Shown piece after piece: positions 37,401 to 49,400 of a DNA stretch of 64,000 bases. The notes below the pieces were generated by a model. That model searched no databases and was not told where the DNA came from. It saw only the letters and a program-made list of their open reading frames with translations. Numbering within the stretch: the first letter of the stretch is position 1; every line of letters starts with the position of its first letter. The position numbers were made by a program, and so were the translations under genes. This DNA comes from Paraspadella gotoi (taxonomy: Eukaryota; Animalia; Chaetognatha), in the NCBI GenBank assembly GCA_051294375.1, contig CM119267.1:26515343-26579342 (forward strand), given 5' to 3'.

Positions 37401-40400
37401 TCAGAAACGACCAATGAAAAATATTAACAAGTATGGCTTTTATAGTATGCAATATAATGCGCGCGCATAAAAACGGTTAAATGTTTTGAAAACATCCATG
37501 ACGCCTTGTAGTTGTTTAAAAATGTATTTTGTTTCATAGAATATAAAAGTAAGAAGCCAAAAAAAAACTTTTGCCACTCATTTTATTATTGCATCTCAAA
37601 TCGTTCAGACGGGGCAGGACGTTAAGTTTTGTCTCGATATAGGGTCTCACCCCTGTAATACCATGATGGAAAAAAAATTGTTGCGGTTTGGAAAAGACGG
37701 TTTATTTCATTGTCAAATATATTTTTTGGCTGGTAAATAAATTTTAATATATAATATGACCTCCCTAGGACTGAATAAAAAGATTATTTTTAAACATCAT
37801 AAAATTATTTAATGCATTCAAATACTTCCAAAAGAGGTTGTCTCCAACTTTTTTTTACCTCTTTTAGATCAAGAGGATTACTCATATTATTATTAATATT
37901 ATATCTTTAACTTAGGAAAAACAGTTTTTAAGGTCAACAACGATTTATTATTGGATATAAGTCGCTGAAGAAGACTCTTAATAAAGAGTTGAAACTTGTC
38001 CGACTTATATCCAATAATAAATCGTTGTTGACCTTAAAAACTGTTTTTCCTAATTTACAAACACAACGAAAAGAAAGAATCATAACAATATATCTTTAAC
38101 ATAATATTTTTTATCAGATTGGCAAGCAGTGAAAAAGATTGATCCCTATAAAGTAAACCAGGCTTGAGTTGTTGTTGCATAATGTCTCTGATTTTAACAA
38201 AATCTTGATTTTTTTTTTTTGGTTTTGTTTGATATTTGGTTCTGATAATACATCAAGAGGTAAATAAAAATGATAACTATGCTCATAGAAAGGTTACCCG
38301 GAGCATTATAACTTTTATTGATACTAAATTCTGGAGCATCTACAGCATTAATATACTTTTAATGCCGCTATTTTTTTGATATATGAATTATGATTCATCC
38401 CTGAATCTATCCTAATGGAAATGATGCAATAACTACAGAAGGCTTCATATTATAAAATGTGGTACCCCTTTTTTGCTGGGTTGGCAAAAACCTGGGTTTT
38501 TTGGGTTTTATTGGGTTTTTTGGGGGTTTTTTAAATTATAGATAGCAGACTGTCATATTAATTTTTTTTAAGATACAAATTAAAAATATTTATACTTCTT
38601 AAGTGATTACTGATAAAAATATATAAAAATATACTGATTATATTTATTAATAGTATTAATTAGTTAATATTTTTTATGGTAAACAGAAATGTAATAAATA
38701 TATATATAATATAAATATATATATATTTTCTGAATAAAACCTGTTATGAAAAAAGTGTATTATCTTAATTTTATTAGAAAATAGTAATTAAATACTCAAA
38801 ATAATTTGATATAAATATGCATCATAAACATTTATATAAATTACTAATACATTGAAAATTGAAGTACATTTTTAGTACATGTTTTTGCTAAAAATAAATT
38901 TTGATGTTTGGATACAATATTTGAGTTAATAAAATATTATTATAATATTATTATCCTGCATTCTCGTTACTTTACTCCTGGTTAGGATACCTTTTCAGAT
39001 TATTCTTTAACGTGTGACAAATAGTCAAATATATAATTATATTGAAGTTTAATTTTTTCTGATAATTAGCTTTAAAAGAACCCTAACCTTGTGTTAAATA
39101 ATAACGAGAGAATAGCAATCATTTTTAATGTGTCGCTTTTTATATAATTTGCGATTCATGATTAGGATTACTTAATATAAGGAAAATGGTACAGAAGCCA
39201 GCAACGAAAGTGATACTGATATTAAACAAGTAAAACATAGGTTTAGGGTTATTTTTCATCATTAAATTATATATTAAGCTTTGTAAAAATGATATATCTT
39301 ATATTATTTAAATTTTTGCTTCAACAATTTAATGTTTCATATTAAAAAATTAAGTAATTTTAATTTTTTTAGGGTTTTTTTAGCTGGGTTTTTTTGGTTT
39401 TTTTAGCTGGGTTTTTTTGGGTTTTTTTGGGTGGGTTTTTTAATGCCAACCCTGACCCAAAGTCGGCAGGGCAAAGGCGTTTGTCATAGCGTATCCGGAG
39501 AAGGTTGCGTGTTTGATAGTAGGGCTCACCACTTATGGCAACAGCCGGGTTGCCTGTGATGCCCATTGGGATGGGGCATCTCACTGTTGGCTTTGAGGGC
39601 TTCCGACCCTCAGTGACGCCTCCAGTCACTGGCGCGGTTACCCTAGGACGGTCTCGCTTTGCCAACGCAGAGGGAAGTCGTTAGGACTGTGAATGGAACA
39701 CTACGCCTGGGATGGTGTGTTCCCCCTCTGAGCCAATGGATTTGGCTGAAGGATGGTGGACGTGAGGCAGTGTGAATATACCGCCACAATATATTATTTT
39801 CACCTATCACCAGCGATTCGGCCATCGAGGATCTTAATTTCTCCGTCTTTGACCAAGCCGATCTCGAAAAAGGCATCATGCTGCAAGTTGACGAAGCGTT
39901 GGAGGCGCGAGAAAGAACCCGTCGGCGTCGATGTCTTCAGCGACACCTAACGACGCTCGATCGGGACGCGACGGCTGCAGCAGCTGCAGCGGCGGAGGCC
40001 AAAGCGAAGATGAAGAGACTGGAAGAAGAGGAGCGGCGTGGGAGGACTCTTCCCTTCGGCGTTCTGCAGGAAAATTGGGACGCGTTGGCTCTTCGAAAAC
40101 AGGAGTCGACGAACATATATAAAGTGTTGAGGGAGAAAAGGAAGCGAATCCTGGCGGAGGTGGAGGAAAAGGAAGCGGGTGGAAAGAAAAACAATATCGA
40201 AGAATCGGAGAGAGAACGACGAATCAGGTCAGAGTTTAGATACTACACAAAAAGAAATTTAGGGGAGACGACTTCTCCTTTAGTAGTTTCGTACAACCCA
40301 ATGCTTTGCAAAAATTAAAACCAGGATTGGAGAGATTACTCCCTTCGGCACAGTCGGAGACCTCTCAAACAACTCCATAGTCAAACCGGAGATCACTAAC

Positions 40401-43400
40401 GACGCCATAAATGACGCCACAAACCCAGTCAAGCCTGATAACGCCAACTACTCCATGGATAATGTTGACATGGTCCTTGAGACCGTGATGGTGTCAACCA
40501 GAAGTCGGAAGCGCTCCGTTGCGTCGATAAAATGTGACCCTGACAACGAGAAAGAGGACGAAGAATGGCGTCCGATTTTTAGTGAGGTGGAAGATAAAGA
40601 CGAAGAAAAGGAAGAAGAAGAAGAAGAAGAGGAGGAAGATAGAGAAGAGACAACGGAAAGAGAGAAGAGGAAAAAAAAACGGAGAGAAAGAACTCGGAAG
40701 AAGATGATTCAAGGCAGCATCGGGAAAAGACCCGCATTCGACGACAACGATATTTGGGACGACGACGACGACGACCCACCGGCTCAGAAAATTGTCCGCC
40801 TCACTCGCGTCGTCGACGACGGCGACGTCCGCGTCTTCGAGCGAAGAATCGCGGCCTTTGAGTTGTCGACCCGAGCCAAGGCGACCGGGGATGGTCTCAA
40901 GGATGTCTGCCTTTCGGGGGAGGGGGGAGACCTCACCATTCCCGGAGTCATTTGGTCGAAGCTCTATTCTTACCAGCGAACGGGCGTTCGCTGGCTCTGG
41001 GAATTGCACCAGCAGGTTCCCCTTTTTTATCTTTCATTTTCTATGTTGTTTTTGTCTCAAAGAAGTCGGTTTCCCTCAGCAATGTGGAGGAATCGTCGGC
41101 GACGAGATGGGTCTCGGCAAGACGATCCAAGTCATCGCTTTTCTCGCTGGACTTAGAGCATCTCGACTCCGCGCCCTCGGATTTCCCTTCATTGGTCTCG
41201 GCCCTGTTCTCGTCGTCGCCCCCGCCACCGTCCTCCTCCAGTGGGTCAATGAATTTCACACCTGGTTCCCTTTAATCCGTGTCGCCATTTTGCACGACAC
41301 GGGATCCTTTAAGGGTAAGAAAAGAATGAAAGGATATAATTGGGGATGAGCATCGTTTCTAAACCATTTAGTATTTTTCAATGAATTTGGTACCGATCGA
41401 TAGGAAATTTAAAATATTATCTACATGCAAAATTTCATTAAAATCGGATAATCCGTTCAAAAGTTATGGCAAAAGCAATATTGTTTTGTCATTCTGATTT
41501 AGAGATATTTGGTTATTGTTATGCCTTAAATTTCCTTTATATGAAAAAAATAATAGGTTTAAAAGATAGCTCTTGATCTCTAGTAGTAAATTGAGTTTGA
41601 ATATAACTTTTTTTAATGAACAAGTTTAACCCAGATCAATTACAATGACGATGGTCAGAAATTTTGTTACCGTTTCAAGCTACTTTTAGCCTGATTTTTT
41701 ACATATTTTGATTATCTTTGCGATCTTACTGATGAAAAACAGTCATGGTAAAGAGAGCCTATGTTCGTTCGAATATAAGACATATTATGGTGGACTAAAA
41801 TTCACCAACCGTTCATCAGCGGCCATTGGTGCCGGAGGCCAGACATTCGCCTCCCAACCCAAAGGTCCGGGGTTCTAGCCCGGTAGTCGCCTAGCAGTTT
41901 AGAGGGACGGGGCGCTTAACCCGCCTGTAACTCGGTGTTACAGCCTGATCCGAAGCTCGGACTGCTTATATTGAACGGTTCTGTCATTAACATATATCAA
42001 TAATCACTGTCTCTTCAATATGTTAGTAATCAGACAGAGCAAAAATTTTGGTCACAAGATAAAAAATTTTGCATGAAAATAGCGTGAATAAGTTTTTCCA
42101 CGAGACTGTGCACCGCGACATAAACAGCTTAATTTCTTCCGACTTGCCTACCTGAGAGGGAAATTCAATCCGTTAATGTCGTCCTCTTGTACCGACTTGT
42201 TCCCGCTTGAAGTTGTAGTTTTGACTTTTTCTTTGATGTTATTTCAAGGAATAGAACAGACTTGTTTGTAGAGTAAGTTACTAAGGCAGTTATTAGCAGC
42301 AGGCTGTTGTATAGTTTTATCGAAGGTTGGATTAAAAGTTCTTAGGTCGGGCTCACCAGTTGTAGATAGTGAACCCCCTGGGACCGACGAGGTAAAAAGG
42401 CAACTAAACTAACAGGAAACATGTCTCTTCCACATTGACTAAAAACGTCTGCTTTGTTACCAAAGATCATCAAGATATTATTTTTTCGAGTTTGGGAGGT
42501 TTCTCGGTAAAAGTGCCAGGGGCAAAGGCTACAAGTATGCATACTTTTTTTCAACTTGCATACTATTTTTTTCAACTTGCATACTTTAAAAAAAGTTTGC
42601 ATACTTTAAAAAAAGTATTTATTCTTTAAAAAAAGTATTCATACTTTAAAAAAAGTATTCATACTTTTTTCAAAGTATGAAGGTTGGAAAAAAAAAGTAT
42701 ACATACTTTAAAAAAAGTATGCATACTTTTTTTTTCAACATGCATACTACTTTTCAACTTGCATACTACTTTTTTCAACTTGCATACTTTTTATCGAGCC
42801 AGGACGGGCTTCGCCTGGTCCTGGTTCTATAATGTTAAGGCCAGGCTTCTTTGTGACGTCGTCGTCGTCGGCGTCACGCTGTTTTTATATAAAAACTACT
42901 ACGCTTTTATAGGTTTGGCTGTGACTTACCTTTTTTTTTTAAATAAAAATTATTATGAATTATGATAAAGTTTTACAAAAGTGTGCGATCATAGTAAGTT
43001 AAAAATTTAGATATGGCTTCTCATCTTGAAATAGCTTTGATATTTTTTTTTTTAATACATTTAAGTATTTTTTGTTTGAATTTCCACTTCATTTTGATTT
43101 ACAATATGCAATTTGAGATTTAAGTACTCATTATAATATCCAAATTAGTATCTAATTTACATATTGCAGTATATAATATTGAAGATGAAATTCATAATTT
43201 TTTTTTAAATCTATGATAAAAATGGGAAATCAAAAGACCTTTTTAATGAGAAGCTATATCTTAATTTTAATACAAATAAAAATAAAATCGTTAACAACCT
43301 ATGATTGGAAAAATTTCCAATTGTAAACCATTGTAACCTTTTTTGTCTTTCTTTTATTTATTTTTTAAATATATATATATTTTTTTCAGGCGCTGCCTTT

Positions 43401-46400
43401 TCTGAATCGTTTAAAAACGAGTTCAGTCACTCTCAGTTTCTCTCAGTCTCTCTCTCTCAATTATAAAAGATTATTACACTATTATTTTTATTTTATCTTT
43501 CAGTGTTCCGAATTACCCCTCTCTACCCTACTATTTAACTTAACCAGGAACGAAATCTGACCTTATTTGGGACATCGTCGAAGCCAAAGGAGTTTTATTG
43601 ACGTCCTATTCTTCAGTCGTTGCCAACGCTGAAGAGCTGGCCGGTAAGTATGAGAAAACAAGTTTGAGCAAACAATGTCGGATCTGCCTACGATAATTAA
43701 GTGGTAATAAGCTAACTTGGTCAACTTGTATAATTTAATCAATTTGCATTATTTGGTCAACTGACATAATTTTTTCAGCTGGCATAATTTGGTCATCTGA
43801 CATAATTAGGTCAACTGACATAATTTGTTCAACTGACTTAATTTGTTCAACTGATATAATTTGTTTAACTGACATAATTTGGTCAAATGACATAATTTGG
43901 TCAACTGACATAATTTGGTCAACTGACTTAATTTGTTCAACTGACTTAATTTGTTCAACTGACTTAATTTGTTCAACTGACTTAATTTGTTCAACTGACT
44001 TAATTTGTTCAACTGACATAATTTGGTCAATTGGCATAATTTTGTTAATTGGCATAACTTTATTAACTGGCATAATTTGGTCAACTGGCATTAATTTTGT
44101 AGACATAATTTTCCATTGGTCAACATTAGGTCCTGACATAATTTGGTCAACTGGACATAAATTGGTCAACTGGCATAATTTTGGTCAACTGGCATAATTT
44201 GGTCAACTGGCATAATTTGGTCAACTGGCATAATTTGGTCAACTGGCATAATTGGTCAACTGGCATAATTTGGGTCAACTGGCATAATTTGGTCAACTGG
44301 CATAATTTGGTCAACTGGCATTAATTTGGTCAACTGGCATAATTGGTCAACTGCATAATTTGGTCAACTGGCATAATTGGTCAACTGGCATAATTTGGTC
44401 AACTGGCATTAATTTGGTCAACTGGCAATAATTTGGTCAACTGGCATAATTTGGTCAACTGGCATAATTTGGTCAACTGGCATAATTTGGTCAACTGGCA
44501 TAATTTGGTCAACTGGCATAATTTGGTCAACTGCATAATTTGGTCAACTGGCATAATTTGGTCAACTGGCATAATTGGTCAACTGCATAATTTGGTCAAC
44601 TGGCATTCACTGGCATAATTTGGTCAACTGGCATAAATTGGTCAACTGGCATAATTTTGTCAATGGCATATTTTTGTCAATGGAATAATTTGGTCAATCA
44701 ATCAATCAGAGAGAGATAGAGAGAAAGAAACTTTAAAAAACTCTTTTCCACTTCTACGATTCCATCAACAAATTTATATCCAGCTTTATCACATACTTTC
44801 CTACCCACACACAAAATTCAATTTCAATTTATCTATCCAATTTTTAATAAACATAATAATTATGAGTAAATTTAAGTAAAAATATTGTAAATGTGACTTT
44901 TGTTTTTTCCATTTCAACTCATTTCCACTCGCACGATTCCATCGAAACTTAATATCCAGCTCAATCACACACTTTCCTACCCACACACAAAATTTCATAC
45001 TAATCCATCCATCTAATCACGATTAATTGGAGTTTTTTGCTAAGGGAGGGTGGACAGACAGACGTCCGGACAGACATCTTTTTTTTTTTGCATAATTTAT
45101 CATAATTTGAGGTTCTGATATGATAATAATGATTTACCGACAATATTTTGGGGTGGGACCGACGGACCGACAAAGTGAATTATAGAGTCAGAATCTGCTG
45201 ATCCGACTAAAAATGGGTCAGCCATGTGACTCAAGTAGAGATTCCTTAACCGTTAAAAACTCACCGTAAATAACGGTGAAAATTTTTTTAACTTAACCGT
45301 TATTTTTTTATTTTAACTGTTAAATTTTATTTTTTGTAATTTAGATATTTTGGTAAAAAATATTTTGTTTTTAGAGAAATTTTTCTTAAAACAAAGTGAA
45401 GCGCTTAAATCACTCACTTTTTTTAGTCGGATCTGCTTATCAGCAGATCCCGACTCTATAATTTCATCTTGTCGGTCCGTCGGTCCGTCCCCTCAATATT
45501 GTCGGGAACACACTTATACCATGTCAGAACATCGAATTATGATAAATTATGCAAAAAAAACGATGTCCGTCCGTCCGTCCGTTCCGTCCGTCCCACCTTA
45601 GCAAAAAACTCCAATTACTCGTGATTGGATGGATGGATTGGTATGAAATTTTGTGTGTGGGTAGGAAACTGTGTGATTGAGATGATATGAAGTTTCGAGA
45701 GGAATCGTGCGAGTGGAAATTGTTAAATGGAAAAAACAAAAAAATATATTTCACTATTTGAAACGCCAATTGCTCATGAGTGGATAGGGCAATTGACTTG
45801 AAATTTTGTATGATGGTAGTGGAAAAGTGATGTGATTGAGCTGGATATAAAGTTTCGATGGAATTGTGCGAGTGGAAATGAGTTAAAATTGAAAAAAACG
45901 AAAGTCATATTTTACTTTAAGTATTTTTACTTAATAACTATTACATCTAATTATATGTTTATTAAAAATTGGATAAGATAAATCTAATAAGTTGTAAAGT
46001 TATTTGTGTGTGGGTAGGAAAGTATGTGATAAAGCTGGATATAATTTTTTGATGGAATCGTAGGAGTGGAAAAGAGTTTCAAATTAGAAAACCAAAAGAC
46101 ACATTTATTTGAATTTTTTAAAGTTTCTCTCTCTTCTATCTCTCTCTGATTGATTGATTGATTGACCAATTTATGCCAATTGACAAAAATATGCGCAGTT
46201 GACCAAATTATGCCAGCCCTTGACCAAATTATGCCTGTTGACCAAAATTATGCCAATTGTGACCAATTTTACCAAATTATGCCATATTGACCAAATTATG
46301 CGGTTGACCAAATTATCTAATTGATCAAATTGTCAGTTGACACTATATCAGTGCAATGTGATTGACCAAGTTAGCTTATTACCACTTAATTATCGATTAA

Positions 46401-49400
46401 CCTGGAATTTGTATGTGAATAGAAAAGTGTGTGTATTGAACAGGAAACCAAGTTTCGATGGAATCTTTTGAGTAGAAATGAGTTTAAATGGAAAAAACAA
46501 AACAAAACCTGTTTCACTAATTGATTATGTTCTTTTTCCTTTTATATTAAATGATATGCAGGATGTATTAATTAAATCTAAAATAATTAATCAGTTAATT
46601 AATCAATTAGTCAAAATAATAATCACTCCATTTAAGCTATAGTACTCGAATATTCGGTCTCTTAGCAAAAAGCTCCAGATAACTCGTGATTGGCTGTTGG
46701 ATTGGAATGAAATTTTTGTGTGTGGGTAGGAATGTGGGTGATAAAGCTGGATATAAAGTTTCGACGGAATCGTGTGAGTGGAAATGAGTTTCAGTGGAAA
46801 AAACATAAGTCGCATTTACTAAAATATTTTTACTATTTTAACCAATAAGTACTCTAATTAATCATAATTGGATGGATAGATTGAGTTCAAATTTTTTGTG
46901 TGGGTAGAAAAATGTGTAACGATGCTTGTATAAAAGTTTTGGTGGAAACGTACGAGTGGAAATGTTTAAATGAAAAAAATATGAGTCACATTTACTTGAA
47001 TCTTTTTACTTAATTAGATTGAGATGAAATTTTGTGAGCGGGTAGAGAGAGAGAGAGCAGAAAAATGAGCATAAGGATCGTCGCAATTGCAAAAGAGAGA
47101 GGTGAGAGAGAGAGCAGAAAAATGAGCATAAGGATCATTGCAATTGCAAAGAGAGAAGAGAAAGAGAGAGAGTCCGAAATAAAAATTAGCGAATAAAAAA
47201 GTTGTTATTTTACTCACTGAATAAAAATACTTAAAATACTTACAAAATACATAAATTGATAAAATTATTATTCGCATAACATTGTTTAATCACATGCAAT
47301 ATATCTAGTAAGGCGGGCCAAAATTGAACACTTTATAACTTCTTAGTTCTCTCAAAAAAATTTCTTTTTTCCTTCTACTACTAAATCGATTTTCAATGTA
47401 ACTTTTTGAATTAGTTCATTGGGTTGTTGCACTGAAGCTTTTAAATATTTATTAATATATAACAAATGACAAAAAAAATTTTAAAATAATATGAATTCTT
47501 CTATTTCGAACACCCCCCACATTTAGCCTTTTGTCTCCCCAAAAGGCGAGGACACCGCGCTGTGACCAGACATTGTGGGAAAAGTAAACAAAAAGTTCAA
47601 ACGAAAAAATACTCTCCCCGGCCCTCAGCGCAGCAGAGTCTGCTTGCAGGGCCAGTCCCGATTCGCTGCATCACTCTCGTCGAAGTGCTGCTGATAGCCG
47701 GGGGACGCGTCACTTCTTTTTCCCATTGCGCTCTCTATGTGATCAGTCGGCTTCGCCTTATTTTTTAGCGCTTTTTCGATTATATATCGGGACTTCCTTC
47801 GTATTATTGCTTTCGAGTGGACGAATTTTGAACTTCACGCTCGTCTCTTTTGGTTTATTCGACCGATCCGTAAGAATTTTCGCGGCGATTTAGGTCTCGA
47901 AAAAGGATTCGCGCGATCGCAGTTCCGACGGAAATCTTCGTTTCGACCATAGCGGTTTGAGGGAGCCTGAGAATTCACTTGGGCGCGACCCTGCGTCGCC
48001 CAGATGCCTTTCGCGCCCCGGTTCGGTGTTTCTCTCCACTCCCCTCCTCTGCTTTAGGCGCTGTCTTCCGTTACCTCGGTTACGGCGCCGTTCGGGCCGC
48101 GGCGCGCGGGCGCCGCAACCCCGGCACCAGGGGTGTCTGGTTCGGGAGGGTGGACAGCCTACACGCAGCCCTGGGAGGCCCGTGCGCGAATCGCGCTGGA
48201 TGCACTGGAAGTATTTTGACACGGCGACGCCCTTCTAACGGCGCTTTTCAAGGGAAATGCGGGATTTCGCTTCGCAGGAGATGGAAAGGATTTCGCCGGT
48301 GAGCGTTAATGTGCGGATGTTCTTTTTATTCGAAAGTCTTTTTGCAAATTCTTTATTTGCCCCTCCATCACAATTTTTGCTTTTCTCTTTTCTTTCTTTC
48401 TTTCGTTTTTTATTTTTTTATATTTCCCTTGTTCACACGGCCGCGTTTTTTCTCGTTACTGAGGCTAATGTAGGGGCGGGCGTTTCGAATTAGAATATCT
48501 GAATTCTGAATCCGGAATTATGATTCTTATCGATAACTCCCCCCACATTTCCCCGGCCGCCGCCCCTTTCGCCTCCGGCGTGCGTGTTGCGCCCCGGGTG
48601 TCGTTCGGTTTCCGTTTTTTTTTCTGTGTGGTTGAGTTTTGCAAATACTTTTTCTTTTTGCTGAATATTTGTGCTTACTTAGAGAGATAAAAAGGGGGGC
48701 GGGTGGGCTCTTCCTCGATTTGACGTATCGTAATCTAATTCTCGTTTTATTTTGTCATTCACGTTCATGTATGCTTAAACATCGAACGGACGACTTCACT
48801 TCGCTTCCCTTCGCCGCTGGTTCCTTGACCGAGCTTCCTTCGCTATCCAGAGAGCTCAGTCCCGCCCACCGGGCTCCTGCCTCGGCCTCTAAAGACGCAA
48901 TCGCTGTCGCCTTCACCGCCTGGACGGCACACGGTCGCGCACCCAGCTCCAGGGACTGGACACACCCTATCGGGAGATGGAGAGGTGAGGTCCGGACCCA
49001 GACGTCGATCGAGGGCCTTTCTACGCTTGCAAGCCCGCCGCCAAGGGAAGCGGCGTTCGCCGTCTGATAGGAGTTTCGAAGCAATGGCGATTCGCGTCGT
49101 CACGTCTCGGAGTCAGGGGGAGTTTGCGACGAAGCTGGAGTCTCGCACAACCTCCGCAACCTTCGCGCCTTCGTCGTTGGGTGGACCCACGCCTCACCGT
49201 GGCGTTCGTTTCCACTTCCAGATCACGACGCGCGTGTTGATGCCCGCCTTCCGAAAGCGGCTATCTACACCGTTATCCCTGTCTACCGTCCAAATCATTT
49301 ACGGCACGATGCAGGAGGCCGCGCGTCGGCGTCAGCTGCCGGCTGCGTTTTTGTCGCGACGCAGCTGACGTGACCTTGTCGGACGCCATCAAGGCGGTTA

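Noticed and set aside
41819-41890. Functional tRNA-Gly gene
   Set aside because: The anticodon stem does not pair properly and the unit is embedded in a repeat.
42335-42415. HDV-like ribozyme on - (acctcgtcggtcccagggg...)
   Set aside because: I could not build P1, P2 and P1.1 convincingly.
43735-44697. CRISPR-like array or repeat protein ORFs
   Set aside because: Contiguous 18-bp units with no unique spacers in a eukaryotic context; the ORFs arise because the unit is a multiple of 3.
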